A stretch of DNA of 64,000 nucleotides, taken from the NCBI GenBank assembly GCA_035289665.1, contig DATDWO010000043.1, forward strand, positions 611-64,610, in the 5' to 3' direction. The first letter of the stretch is position 1; the number at the start of each line of letters is the position of its first letter. This DNA is from Candidatus Nanoarchaeia archaeon (lineage in GTDB: Archaea > Nanobdellota > Nanobdellia > Woesearchaeales > SM23-78). Under the pieces are notes generated by a model. It ran no database searches, was not told the DNA's origin, and saw only the letters and a list, made by a program, of their open reading frames with translations. The translations under genes were made by a program, and so were the position numbers. This document shows positions 45,867-56,491 of the stretch, piece by piece.

Positions 45867-46036
45867 CTCTAAGTATAAATCCTTCCTTTTTTTCTTAATT
45901 CCTGCGGGTGCTTTTCATCTAGATAGCTCTTAAAGAAGAACATGGCCGCTTCCATCGTGAGGTGAAAGATGAACTGCGCAATGACCATGAACAATAAGAA
46001 CCTAAACATCCAACTTACGAAGCCTTCTAACATGAT

Positions 46037-46933
46037 TCACCCCAGCTGCATATCAAACTGATTTGTTTTTGACTCCAATTCTCCCACATGTCCCTTCAGC
46101 GAGAGCGTATTTTGATTGTTCTTTAACTCAGAGGTTACACTTCCTCGATACTGCTGCAGACTCAGCTCATCTTTCTCTGTTTTTAATGTCAACTTGTTTC
46201 CAATCTGAATAGGGCCTGAACTCAAGCCCGCTAATGAAGCAATTTCTGCGTTTTCAATGGAAACAATTCCCTCTTCTAATAGAAGCGTATACTCCTCCTT
46301 ACTTTTCCACCGGACTTCTGTGTTGGCGTTTTGATAGCCTGCCATCTCGCCTTCCAACTTGAGTTGGTTGTTCTTCCAACTGAGGGTTCCTGTGAAACCT
46401 TGAATGTCGGCTTGCCCCCCTGTTTCTAAAATAAGCTCTTCAGTCGAACCTTTCAACTCGTGTTTTGTTGTCTCAATATGTAGGTTTACATTACTTAAGG
46501 CAATGGAGTACTCTGAGAGTTGAAGTTCGCTTTGAATGTCCATATCTTTTGCTTGATAGGCTTGCTTGCTATTTGCTTCGGAAGCTGTTTCGGAAGCCGA
46601 CGCATCGGATGCTTCCGACATAGGGTTTTTTCCGAACAAAATGGCTTTTGCCTTTCCTAGAAAACCTTCTTCCCCTGAAGCGGGAGCATCTTCTTCTGCG
46701 CTTCTACTTGATTGAAAATTTGATGGTGCATTTGGATCCAGAACCTCATTGCCTGTGATCTGTGTGAAATGCTCTTCAAAACCCCATAATCCAAGGGCTA
46801 AAACCGCTAAGGCTACACTCCCAACTAAGATAAGCCAACCACACATTTTTTTCCGATCAGACACTTCTTCCTGATGTGGTTTAAAGAACTCTCTTGTTTC
46901 TTTCATCTTTGTCACATCGATAAAATCTGCCAT
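46037..46933 (-). CDS. Membrane-anchored hypothetical protein (N-terminal TM, extracytoplasmic beta-rich domain)
   Basis: TM helix GWLILVGSVALAVLALGLW; no domain recognised. Confidence 0.45.
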   Translation of the reverse strand: MADFIDVTKMKETREFFKPHQEEVSDRKKMCGWLILVGSVALAVLALGLWGFEEHFTQITGNEVLDPNAPSNFQSSRSAEEDAPASGEEGFLGKAKAILFGKNPMSEASDASASETASEANSKQAYQAKDMDIQSELQLSEYSIALSNVNLHIETTKHELKGSTEELILETGGQADIQGFTGTLSWKNNQLKLEGEMAGYQNANTEVRWKSKEEYTLLLEEGIVSIENAEIASLAGLSSGPIQIGNKLTLKTEKDELSLQQYRGSVTSELKNNQNTLSLKGHVGELESKTNQFDMQLG

Positions 46934-47066
46934 AAAAATGTATACTGATATAGTCTTTTATAATATTTTTTCTTATAAAATATAAGGATTCTTATAGATT
47001 CAATTTATAAACTACCTTATATTTTCTTCTTTGCATGAGGGAACTTTTTTATAAGGAAGTGCTCCG

Positions 47067-48008
47067 ATGAAACGCAAAGTTATCCAACTTGCCCACTCCA
47101 CTGCGGTCATTTCGCTCCCCAGCAAATGGGTAAAAAAGTACGGCGTCAAAAAAGGCGACGAGATAGAAGTAGGTGAAGAGGAAAGCAGACTGATTGTCAC
47201 GGCTGAACAAACTGGCTCCCCCAAAAAACAAGAAATTGAAGTTGATATGGCTGGAATGGCCCCTCGCGCACTCATGTGGACTTTAGTAGGCCTGTACCGC
47301 GCTGGTTACGATCGCATCCGCATTCTCTATGATGACACCATTCAATTCGAACAGATCCACCTTTACGTTGGAAACCTATTGGAAGGATTTCAGCTAACAG
47401 AAGAAGGCAAAGGATACTGTGTAGTGGAAAGTGTTTCTAAAGGAATGGAAGCAGATTTTCTTCCTCTCTTTCGCAAAACATTACGATTGGTCTCAGCTAT
47501 GGGTCAGAGTAGCTTAGAAGCCATTCGCAACAATGATCTTCAGCAACTGAAAGAAGTGCTTGTATTGGAAGACACCAACAATCGCCTTAGCATCCTATGC
47601 GAGCGCATGCTTACTAAAGGGGCCTGCGTTCCCTCTAATGTGAAGTCGTACTTCTTTGTCATGGCCTGGCATAGCCAAAAGATGTGCAATCTCTACCGAG
47701 ACCTTTGCAGATACTTAGTAGAAAAACAAAAATTAAAACTAAGCAAAAAGTTGTTCGAGCTCTATGCGTACACGAACCAGGTCGTGCAGTCCTACGAAGA
47801 ACAGTACAACCACACTGAAATCTCAAGACTTGTAGAACTCTTCACAGAGACCCGTCGCAGAGCAATGGATGTCGACATTGCGGTTTATTCCAAAGAGGAA
47901 CAGCGTGTTGTGTTTTATTTACTCTCTATTCTTCATCGAGTTTCGGACATATCGACCGTCTTGATCGGGATCCATGAAAGTCTGCGCCAAAAAAAAGATT
48001 TAGCCTAA
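47067..48008 (+). CDS. AbrB/SpoVT-domain + PhoU-like domain protein (archaeal phosphate-uptake-regulator-type architecture)
   Basis: N-terminal KVIQLAHSTAVISLPSKWVKKYGVKKGDEIEV swapped-hairpin; helical C-terminal remainder. Confidence 0.45.
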   Translation: MKRKVIQLAHSTAVISLPSKWVKKYGVKKGDEIEVGEEESRLIVTAEQTGSPKKQEIEVDMAGMAPRALMWTLVGLYRAGYDRIRILYDDTIQFEQIHLYVGNLLEGFQLTEEGKGYCVVESVSKGMEADFLPLFRKTLRLVSAMGQSSLEAIRNNDLQQLKEVLVLEDTNNRLSILCERMLTKGACVPSNVKSYFFVMAWHSQKMCNLYRDLCRYLVEKQKLKLSKKLFELYAYTNQVVQSYEEQYNHTEISRLVELFTETRRRAMDVDIAVYSKEEQRVVFYLLSILHRVSDISTVLIGIHESLRQKKDLA

Positions 48009-50525
48009 TGAATGAAGGCCTTCGTAAAGGATTGTTAAACGAGCTCTTTCTGCTCCGCTCTCTGCATTCATACAACTTTCTGTGAAACCCTCAGCCCACC
48101 TTCGCGCTCTTTTTAAACTATACACATCCTTTTCTGTACCTCCCAAGCCCTTGATGACCCGTATAGGGGGTAAGAACTGGCGCAAAGCAACACTTCGCAA
48201 CACATGACTTGGCATGAATTGGGCTGAGTAAGGATTTTCTGGAGGACGAATGTTACTTGCCAACTGACTGCCAAAGGATCTAGCATCGACCTCGCTTACT
48301 CCAATGAGGGTAAACCATTCTATTGCTTGGCTTTTCACATATGATCGCAATGATTCATGGTCTGTTCCATCCAGTAGGGCTAAACGACTTTCTCTAGCAG
48401 GATTTATATATTGTGTTACCACTCTTTTAACGGCTTCTTCGATTACTCCAACTTCGGATGGTAAATTCGGGAGTACTCCTGTTACGATTTCTTCCATCGT
48501 TCCTACTCTCAAATACGGATCGAAGAACGAAGTTCTACCTGCATTGCGTAAAGTCAGGTCCCAATCTACTACGGTAGGCGTTCCTTCTCGGATGCGAAGG
48601 GTCTCTGCTAGCGCCTTTGTAAAAGCCTCTCGATTTGGAAGTTCACGCTGATAAACCTGTTCCAAGCCCGCTGTGATTTCCACTGCAAAACGATCTAGCT
48701 CCTCTTCTCTATACTTGCGAACGCAGAGAGAATCGGTTTTTTTAGGTGTCCTTCCTAAAAGAGTTCCTGCCACTTTTAACGTATCTTCTAACTCTGCTTT
48801 CAGCACCGGATGTTCCCCATTGAAGAATAGACTGTTTCTCAATGCACGCTCTTCTCTTGTGTTATGCCCCAAGAACTGAATCACTAGGTAACCTGGTTTC
48901 ACAAATTGGTATTGTGGCCTTTGAATGCCGGTTTCCGGAGCGAGCACGGAAGCTAAGTACAAGGCCTCCATGGTCTGCCTTTGCTCACGCTCTTTTGGAA
49001 GATACTTAACCACTCGGTGCTCCACCCGCAATGCTCTTGAATTTGGATTTTTCACGTAAAACGTTCCCAACCAAACATCGGGTTGCTGAGGGGTTGTTCC
49101 TTTCTTTAGCAATCGTGTTCTCATTAAGGCCCCCTCCAAATCAATTCCTTGGAGGAAGGAGTCATATGCGTCTTTTCCTCCTTGTTCCATGATGCGCATA
49201 GCTAGACCCCTTTCCGAAAGAAGCCGCTCAAAGGAAAACCTTCTGTGAGCAAACGAATACTCACTTGCTGCCTCACTTACCCCATGTAGATCCCTCAGCC
49301 ACCGAACGACTTCCGGAGGCAGAGAACCAAACGATTCTGGGAGTTTACCTCTTGCTTTTGCTGCTACTTCCACCATGCCCAGCACTTCGTCTTCTGTAGG
49401 TGCTCGTCGTCCCCCTTCTCTTTGAATCAGCAAACTCGGTCGATGCAACAATTCTTCGGGATCGATGGTTCGTTTTCCATCCTTTCCTATTTCTAGACTT
49501 GAGTGAATATGGAATCTACGCCGTTCTCGATCTCCTGTATGAACAAGCACATCCACTCCATATTTTGGTTGATGGCCTTCATCTGAACTGTCTGCATGAT
49601 ACCCTCTTACTTTTCCGGGGAACAGATTCCAAAACCTCTCTAGTAAAAGGTTTGCAATGAAGCCTGATCGCGTCGTGTAAGCGGGAAGCTCATGATCTCC
49701 ATTCGATGTCAATATAGGATTGGAGAAGAAAGTTTCAACCACTTCATCCAGATCCACCGGCTGCAACTCAGCTGAGAGAAAGTAACACAACCCTTGACTC
49801 CACGTTATGAGATGATGTGCTGCTTCGTAAACATTGCCTTCACCTAGCTGAAATTTAAACCGTGAAAGAGGTTCATGAAGTGTTTGCCGGATTCTTTCAA
49901 AACTCGGGCTGACCTTTGAGCTGGAAGCTTTACTTACAAAAAGAAGATTGGGAAGCTCTAAAACTCCTCTCAAGTTCATTAATCTTTTATACTCTTTTTT
50001 TAATCGGCTTTTTTCTGTTGGTGAGATGTTTCCTTGCTCGAATAGGTAATTCACCATTTCTGCTACTTGAATTTCAGAAGTGTCTAAAGGAAGTACGGGC
50101 ATTCCTCTTAATTCTGCCATTACTCGTTCATGCAACCCCTTTGCTTGATGAAACAACGTTCCAATCATGCGCCTTGTTAACTTTGGCTCTTGAAAAGAAG
50201 TGCCATCCAGATCCCTAAATAAAACGATGTCATACGGCTTTTCTTCTGGACTTTCGTATCTTCTCCAAACCCTCCTTGCTAATTCTTCCTTTCCTTCCAA
50301 TGCTGTGTTTAACAACACTAGAAAATGATCCTGTGCGGGCTTGCAATTGTAAATCCTCTTGAAAAGAAGGTCATCTAATAGTAAGCAATGCCCTCCTGTA
50401 AAATGAGTATCGATTGGAGTAAGAGAAGGCTGCCGAGGGCGTATAAGGTCTCGATCTAGTAAGACACCTGCTTCTGAAACAATTGCGTCTAATTCACTTT
50501 TTCCCATTCTATCCCTGAACGTCAA
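48000..50525 (-). CDS. Large hypothetical protein (841 aa), GC-rich
   Basis: Long uninterrupted ORF; no domain recognised. Confidence 0.5.
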   Translation of the reverse strand: MTFRDRMGKSELDAIVSEAGVLLDRDLIRPRQPSLTPIDTHFTGGHCLLLDDLLFKRIYNCKPAQDHFLVLLNTALEGKEELARRVWRRYESPEEKPYDIVLFRDLDGTSFQEPKLTRRMIGTLFHQAKGLHERVMAELRGMPVLPLDTSEIQVAEMVNYLFEQGNISPTEKSRLKKEYKRLMNLRGVLELPNLLFVSKASSSKVSPSFERIRQTLHEPLSRFKFQLGEGNVYEAAHHLITWSQGLCYFLSAELQPVDLDEVVETFFSNPILTSNGDHELPAYTTRSGFIANLLLERFWNLFPGKVRGYHADSSDEGHQPKYGVDVLVHTGDRERRRFHIHSSLEIGKDGKRTIDPEELLHRPSLLIQREGGRRAPTEDEVLGMVEVAAKARGKLPESFGSLPPEVVRWLRDLHGVSEAASEYSFAHRRFSFERLLSERGLAMRIMEQGGKDAYDSFLQGIDLEGALMRTRLLKKGTTPQQPDVWLGTFYVKNPNSRALRVEHRVVKYLPKEREQRQTMEALYLASVLAPETGIQRPQYQFVKPGYLVIQFLGHNTREERALRNSLFFNGEHPVLKAELEDTLKVAGTLLGRTPKKTDSLCVRKYREEELDRFAVEITAGLEQVYQRELPNREAFTKALAETLRIREGTPTVVDWDLTLRNAGRTSFFDPYLRVGTMEEIVTGVLPNLPSEVGVIEEAVKRVVTQYINPARESRLALLDGTDHESLRSYVKSQAIEWFTLIGVSEVDARSFGSQLASNIRPPENPYSAQFMPSHVLRSVALRQFLPPIRVIKGLGGTEKDVYSLKRARRWAEGFTESCMNAESGAERARLTILYEGLHSLG

Positions 50526-50640
50526 GAATCCCGCGATCCTTATAAACCTGCGCCGATTGGTTTTGCTTTATTAACCAAATCGGGCCCTCGTCGATGGGAA
50601 ATGCAAACTTTTATATATTTTATAAGACTTCGATGCTACC

Positions 50641-52278
50641 ATGCCGAAACCGCGGGTTCTTCTCTACCATTCTGAGGCAGATCATTTGGCATCTCCTGCT
50701 GTTCTAGGAACCGAGTTTAGTGCCTTTTCAGCTCCCAAAGTGGTTAATGCTTCGGTTCCTTCCAGTGAACTTAGCCTTTTAGAGATTCATCGTGCTCTAG
50801 GGCAGGTAGCTCCTAAAGTCGTTGTAGTGGACGGTAGCATGGATGGAAAACAAGGAGGTGTTGACTGGAAAGAACTCATTCTTTACTTTGCTTTACAAGG
50901 AGCTCCTGTGATTGTTGCCGGAGAAGGTAATGGGGGACTTGATGAACTGGTAGATGCCAAGCGAGAAGGAGCCATTGCAGACCATGTTGAGAACGGTGCG
51001 GATTCTACTTCAAGACTGCAAGAAGCTGTTCGAAAGGCTTTGAATCATCGAATCAACATGATGTTTTTGCCAGAACATGTGACCTATCCCGTTCGATCAG
51101 AAGAGTTTGTTTTTGACCCTCAACGGGTTAGTCAACTAGGGGCTCATTGGCGTAATACCATCCATAATCCGGAAGGCGTCTTTGATTTAAGGGAATTGCT
51201 TATTCAAGTCAGTGGTACCGCTAACCTTGCACAAAATTTATTTGATTCTGGCGAAGTTCAAACAGCAGTAAACGTATGGGCCCGTACCTTAAACATGCTT
51301 GAGTATGCTAAACAAGAAGAGGCAGGATTAAATTTAGTGAATTACCTATTAACCAACTCTTCTTCCGTTCAGTTACTCGGACGCGACAAAAAGAGGGCTC
51401 TTGCTATACAAGCTGAACTTAAAAGAAACCCTAATTATCTTGGAAGCGCAGCGGATTCGCTTTCCTTTTCCCAATTAGAAACGTTGATGCGAATGTCTAA
51501 GGCTCTTGAATCCGCTGCATCTGCTTATTCTTCCTCAGCAGGTATTATCCGCAAAGAAGACCGAGATGAAGTATTGAACGGAATCTATACTCAACTGGAA
51601 AGCCTCTGGGGTTCTATGCGCACTGTACTCGGATCGAGCTCTTCTGATACTTACTGGCGAGCGGAATTTACGGGTCGTATTGGCTTGACTGAAGCTACAC
51701 AACGCCGCATGTTTGAAGAAGATGATGACAAACTTACTCGCCTTACTGCCCTTGAAGCGGAGATGCTCACTCCTGCAGATCGTGTTCGCTTGTTAAAAGA
51801 GCGAGTGTTTGCTTACATTGGAAGAGCTGAACGAACCGAGCGAGGAGCCAACCCTGGAGCTGCTCATCATCTTGACCCTGCTTCGGCCGTAGCTCATCTA
51901 CTTCACGGAATGATTCCCGATTTAGACGCTTCTGCTACGGGAGCTGTCTTTTCTGGGATTGGTGCTTATCAACTCGCTCGGGTGGTTTATGATCATGGAC
52001 ATCAAGATAGAACCCTTTCTGACTGTGAACAAGCCTTTGTCACTGCGGGTGAGCGGGCTCTTGCCGTTGGATCTCCTGTTGAAATTGGTCGATACCTCGC
52101 TGCCCAACAAAATTTAGTTACTTACATAGCCTTAACCACTCCGTCACGAGAAACTCGCGCTGATCAAGTCCTTGATCGATTAAGAGCAACTCAAGAACAC
52201 GCTGATAAAAGTCCTTTAGGTCAAAGAGCGAATGAACTCTATCGAAGAGCATGCTTTGCTTTCGATCGAGAACGGTGA
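50641..52278 (+). CDS. Large hypothetical protein (545 aa), GC-rich, divergent from 48000..50525
   Basis: Long ORF; no domain recognised. Confidence 0.5.
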   Translation: MPKPRVLLYHSEADHLASPAVLGTEFSAFSAPKVVNASVPSSELSLLEIHRALGQVAPKVVVVDGSMDGKQGGVDWKELILYFALQGAPVIVAGEGNGGLDELVDAKREGAIADHVENGADSTSRLQEAVRKALNHRINMMFLPEHVTYPVRSEEFVFDPQRVSQLGAHWRNTIHNPEGVFDLRELLIQVSGTANLAQNLFDSGEVQTAVNVWARTLNMLEYAKQEEAGLNLVNYLLTNSSSVQLLGRDKKRALAIQAELKRNPNYLGSAADSLSFSQLETLMRMSKALESAASAYSSSAGIIRKEDRDEVLNGIYTQLESLWGSMRTVLGSSSSDTYWRAEFTGRIGLTEATQRRMFEEDDDKLTRLTALEAEMLTPADRVRLLKERVFAYIGRAERTERGANPGAAHHLDPASAVAHLLHGMIPDLDASATGAVFSGIGAYQLARVVYDHGHQDRTLSDCEQAFVTAGERALAVGSPVEIGRYLAAQQNLVTYIALTTPSRETRADQVLDRLRATQEHADKSPLGQRANELYRRACFAFDRER

Positions 52279-52318
52279 CGAAATGCATATAAACCTAAAA
52301 ATATTGCAGGAGGCCAAG

Positions 52319-52894
52319 ATGAAACAATTAATTATAGGAATGTTTTTGGTAGGATTGTTTTTGTTAGGTAGTATACTTTCCCTAGCCGTCTCTGCCTCTT
52401 CCTCTAGCGGTAGCTCTATTTCATCCGGCGGCAATTATATTTACTCCAGCATGACTGGCACCTTATCCTGGACCCCAAATGCGATCGGATTCTATGACCT
52501 GCCGAGCGCTCCCTCTTCTACTTCGTTGACACTGGATATCCATCAAAGAAAAAATATAAACAACCGAGCGAATGAAGTTTTGGTTCTCCTGGGTGAAGAA
52601 TACTTTAAAAATCAAGTATTGAACCAAGTGGTTAGCAATAGTTTTATGGCCAGCACCAACCTCCTTGCAACTGTAATTAATAGTAACATCCTTGTTTGGG
52701 ACCCTAACTTTGGAGAGATCTACAACCCTACACATGTTCAACTGACCCAAACGACCTTAAACTGCATGACTGGAAGCGTTTGCTTCTCGGCCCGTATGTA
52801 CGGCTCTAACGGGGTGGTCATCCAAGCGCAGCGCATCATCGTCTTTCCAGGCAACACCAATAATCTTATTGTAATGGAACCTGAGAGTGGCTAA
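52319..52894 (+). CDS. Secreted Ser-rich hypothetical protein (start at MKQLIIG)
   Basis: Signal peptide LIIGMFLVGLFLLGSILSLAVSA. Confidence 0.4.
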   Translation: MKQLIIGMFLVGLFLLGSILSLAVSASSSSGSSISSGGNYIYSSMTGTLSWTPNAIGFYDLPSAPSSTSLTLDIHQRKNINNRANEVLVLLGEEYFKNQVLNQVVSNSFMASTNLLATVINSNILVWDPNFGEIYNPTHVQLTQTTLNCMTGSVCFSARMYGSNGVVIQAQRIIVFPGNTNNLIVMEPESG

Positions 52895-53029
52895 GCTGAG
52901 ATAATCGTGCCTATTTTTTCTATTTGTTTGCCGGTCCCCCTCCTGTTCCGATCACTTCTACTCCTAATTTTGCTACCATTTCCTCCAACTTGGAGCCTGC
53001 AGGTAGCTCTTGAGTGACCCAAGTCAGCT

Positions 53030-53506
53030 TCATTCGATCGAACCTAGATTCGGCAGATAGATAGACTGGACTGATGCGGTTTTTTTTTCTTGATAGCACC
53101 CATTGTTTTCTGCGAAGAATACTTCTTTCGTTACTGGGTTGTATGCCACCCCAAGGACTGGAATGTTTTGCCGAGCGATTCCAATTAACATCCAAAATTT
53201 CTCCGTTCCCTTCACAAATTCTTCTGTCCCATCAATCGGATCTACCCAGGCAATGCCTGCTTCTGGGATTTGAGTGGAAACACATTCAGCTTCCTCTTCG
53301 TTCACAACTAGATATCTTCTTTCTCGTAACCCAGCTGAAATGATCCTTCCTGCGGTTTCATCTGCTATAGTGCTTGGAGTGCCATCGCTTTTTACTGTAC
53401 TCTTGCAATTTCCATGATAACCTAAGATAGCCTCTCCAGCATTTTTTGCTAGAGAAATTAGAGTCAATAATTCGTTAGAAACGATGGGCGATTTAGACGG
53501 TGACAT
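53030..53506 (-). pseudogene. Inositol monophosphatase-family (IMPase/SuhB/CysQ-like) N-terminal part, apparently truncated/frameshifted at A9 tract (53084..53092, + strand T9)
   Basis: ADETAGRIISAGL...WVDPIDGTEEFVKG metal-binding motifs; C-terminal continuation in another frame (52920..53195). Confidence 0.45.
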
Positions 53507-53547
53507 TAGATTAGAAATTTGATGAGATATTTAAACGCTTGGGAAAA

Positions 53548-54399
53548 CTACTCCAACGTTTCTTTTAATCGGACCTTTGCCTTAGCTAATTCGTTTATTT
53601 TTGAGAGGATCTTATTTTTTTCATCTTGACTCTGTGCTGCGTTCAACGTTTCTTCTTTTTCACGGATCAGGCGATCTAATTCTGCTATGCTTGCTAAGAC
53701 CTGCTTCTGCTCCTTTTCCTTGAGTAGGCTCTCTTTTTCTTCCTCGAGCTCTGCCTTTAACTCTTCTAGGTTTGCTTGATGCTCTTCCATACGCTGATGC
53801 ACTTTTTGCAAACGGTTGTCCAGGTTTTCCTGATCGGAGTATAACTCCTCCAACTGCTGCTTTAAGTCTTCTTTTACTTGAGTAGAAACGGTTTGCTGGA
53901 TGGCTTCCCGCATCTTTTCTATACGGAAACGATTGTCACTAATTTTTTCCTTTAATTCTGCTTCCTCTCGGGCTAGGTTGTTCAACACTTCCTGAAGCTC
54001 TTCCTCCCCCTGTTTAGCTCTGCGATCGATTCGAATCTGCTGAATCTGGTTTTCTAAGCTTTTGATTTCGTCTATTAACGAATCCCTTCTATGATACAAT
54101 CTCCTTATTTGGTTCTCTATGCTTTTCTGCTCGGATACCTTCCAACTGTTTTCTAATTCCCTTATCCTGACGCGTACTTCATTGTAGTCTGCGTAGACTT
54201 GAAGCTGTTGCTCTTGCAAGGAGACCAAAGGATCTTGAGGGATAAGAGGTTGAGTTTCCTGGACAGGCTCTTGGACGATCGTTACGTTGGTTGTGTTCTC
54301 CACTTCCAGAACCACTTGACCGGTGGGGGAGGTGGTTTCTTCTCTTGCACTGCACCCGATTAAGAACAAAACCAAGAACACTAAGATTCCTTTCTTCAT
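53548..54399 (-). CDS. Coiled-coil lipoprotein
   Basis: Signal peptide with LIGCS lipobox; E/K/Q-rich heptad sequence. Confidence 0.5.
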   Translation of the reverse strand: MKKGILVFLVLFLIGCSAREETTSPTGQVVLEVENTTNVTIVQEPVQETQPLIPQDPLVSLQEQQLQVYADYNEVRVRIRELENSWKVSEQKSIENQIRRLYHRRDSLIDEIKSLENQIQQIRIDRRAKQGEEELQEVLNNLAREEAELKEKISDNRFRIEKMREAIQQTVSTQVKEDLKQQLEELYSDQENLDNRLQKVHQRMEEHQANLEELKAELEEEKESLLKEKEQKQVLASIAELDRLIREKEETLNAAQSQDEKNKILSKINELAKAKVRLKETLE

Positions 54400-54536
54400 A
54401 AGCGATGGGACTGAAACTGAGTTTTTAAACCTAGGGATTTCCCTTTTAAAGCCAAAACCCTGTATTTGGCGAGCACCTTATGAGGATTTCGCCTTGAGGA
54501 TGCTAACCAAACGCCAGGAAAGCCAAAACCTTTATA

Positions 54537-55064
54537 TTGCTAGAAACAAAAAAGCACTCTATGACTCAAGTACAGGTTACGATTGGAATTGTCCTCATCT
54601 TACTCATCTTCATTGCTGGAGGGTTGGCGATTGTTGTTGTTTCTGACCAAAAGCTGGTGAATGATGCCAAATCCCTTGGGCAGGCCACAATGGATTACTT
54701 CAAAAAAGTCGGGTATAAATGTGAGACTCGCGCGAACGAGTTTGCCAAAATCACCACTTGTTTGAAAAACTTAAACCAACAATTGGGTGTGATTGGGACT
54801 CTTAAAGAGCAAAGCTTTATGGACTACAGTGCCAAGCGCAATGATACAGGCTTCCTTGTCCTTGAAAACAAAGGCCGCACGACTCTGGAATCCGTTCAAT
54901 TCGCGCTTTACAAAAACCACGAAGTTACCGATGAAGGCTGTGTGATTGAAGGCTCTATTGACCCAGGCTACCTGTGCCGATTGGAATTTAATACGCCCTG
55001 CGAGAAAGGGGATGTCTTGGAAGCCATGTATGCTGGAAAGAGAGCGTTCTTGAAGACGTGCTGA
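54537..55064 (+). CDS. Membrane-anchored/pilin-like small protein
   Basis: Single N-terminal hydrophobic helix after short charged segment. Confidence 0.35.
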   Translation: MLETKKHSMTQVQVTIGIVLILLIFIAGGLAIVVVSDQKLVNDAKSLGQATMDYFKKVGYKCETRANEFAKITTCLKNLNQQLGVIGTLKEQSFMDYSAKRNDTGFLVLENKGRTTLESVQFALYKNHEVTDEGCVIEGSIDPGYLCRLEFNTPCEKGDVLEAMYAGKRAFLKTC

Positions 55065-55080
55065 GTTCATTGGCTTAATG

Positions 55081-56436
55081 TCAATATATGCCTCCAAAGA
55101 GGCTGCTGAAAAAGTTAGTAACGGCCTGAATGATTGCATTCATTGTTGTTTTTGGTTGTGCAGGTGGTTGTTCAACTAGGCCCTCATCGCTATCAGGCAA
55201 CGGCAATTCAAGGGTTTTCTCTTCTGCGCTAAGGCTCTCATCTGATTTCTCTGATAGAGACAATTCAGGAGTTGGAGTTTCCAATGGTGATGGTGTACTT
55301 GGACTGTTTTCGTCTGAGGTTGAAGGCCGAAGCGAATGGTGTGGGGGTTCCATAAATCGGCTGGGACCATAATCTTCGGTTTCTCCAAAACCAAATGCTC
55401 CCCTTCCATTCCAAGACAAATCAACCTTTTGATCATACGTCAACGTTGCCCGAACCCAAATGTACTGGGTTACCGGGCCACTAATCAAAGGAATCAAAAC
55501 CGTATTTGTTGTCATTCCTGCAGGCCATGAGCTCACATCGATTGGATAATTCTGAACTGCATGCTCTTGCGCGATCAAGCCACAATCGACTGCACCTTGC
55601 CATCTTCCATTCATGTCCCAATCGAAAAGCATGTTCAGGTAAAGCGGTTTATTATTGGAATAAGTGTGGACGGGATCTTCCCTGCTCTTTACCGAAATAA
55701 TAACTGGCAGCATTACTTGAGAGCAAGGATGCAAACTGTACAAGTTAGAAAGCGTAATGCCGTCGTCCTTGTCATCTGCATCTACTTGCCGCGAATCAGA
55801 CTCCTTACTCACATCAATACCAAGCCATTCGTGTTCTGTATTTACATGCCTTGCTCCATTGCTTGATTTCCAACTTGGAAAGGTCGGGTCTGGGGCGTCC
55901 CCATAATCGATGGGTTGATTTTCTTCTGAAACCTGACTTTCATCCTGAGAAGATTCTGCAGCGCATTGATCCCAGCATGCCCATAAGTCTTTGTTACACT
56001 GATTTACGTCTGCGCCGCTGCTACTGCAAGATTTTTTAGCATCCATGTCGCACTGATGCATGCACTCCACTAGCTCAGGAGACTCCTGCGGCTGAGAAGG
56101 AGGAGGTGGGACATTGGTTGGCGCAGGCAAAGGAGGCGTTGGATTCCCATTTATGGCACATTGCTCGTAGCATTTAGGGATTTCTGAAGAGCATATTGGT
56201 TCAGCGGTTCCTTGGTATATGCACTGCTTTCCGTTAACCTCACACTGGTGCTGGCATTCCATCAATGGCGAGGGTATTTCTTCTTGTGGAGGAGCATCTT
56301 CTTTTGGGGGCAGATTTTCAGTGGACGAAGTTCCTGACGAGGTATCATCATCTGTGGTGGTTGAGCTGGCGTGAACTGTCTGATATGTGAACAGGAAGAG
56401 AATTATTAAGATCAGCCACGCGGTTCTAACTGTCAT
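55081..56436 (-). CDS. Secreted Cys-repeat, Ser/Thr/Pro-rich protein
   Basis: Signal peptide; repeated CxHQC(E/D)...C modules; low-complexity P/S/T tracts. Confidence 0.5.
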   Translation of the reverse strand: MTVRTAWLILIILFLFTYQTVHASSTTTDDDTSSGTSSTENLPPKEDAPPQEEIPSPLMECQHQCEVNGKQCIYQGTAEPICSSEIPKCYEQCAINGNPTPPLPAPTNVPPPPSQPQESPELVECMHQCDMDAKKSCSSSGADVNQCNKDLWACWDQCAAESSQDESQVSEENQPIDYGDAPDPTFPSWKSSNGARHVNTEHEWLGIDVSKESDSRQVDADDKDDGITLSNLYSLHPCSQVMLPVIISVKSREDPVHTYSNNKPLYLNMLFDWDMNGRWQGAVDCGLIAQEHAVQNYPIDVSSWPAGMTTNTVLIPLISGPVTQYIWVRATLTYDQKVDLSWNGRGAFGFGETEDYGPSRFMEPPHHSLRPSTSDENSPSTPSPLETPTPELSLSEKSDESLSAEEKTLELPLPDSDEGLVEQPPAQPKTTMNAIIQAVTNFFSSLFGGIY

Positions 56437-56491
56437 ATTCTTTATAAATTACTTATTAGAAGAGTATTTATAGCTTTCTATTGAGTTGAGA

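Noticed and set aside
45893-46036. 57-aa hydrophobic ORF on the minus strand just downstream of 46037..46933
   Set aside because: It is below the ORF-track cutoff and has no support beyond hydrophobicity. It could be a small membrane peptide but it is not callable.
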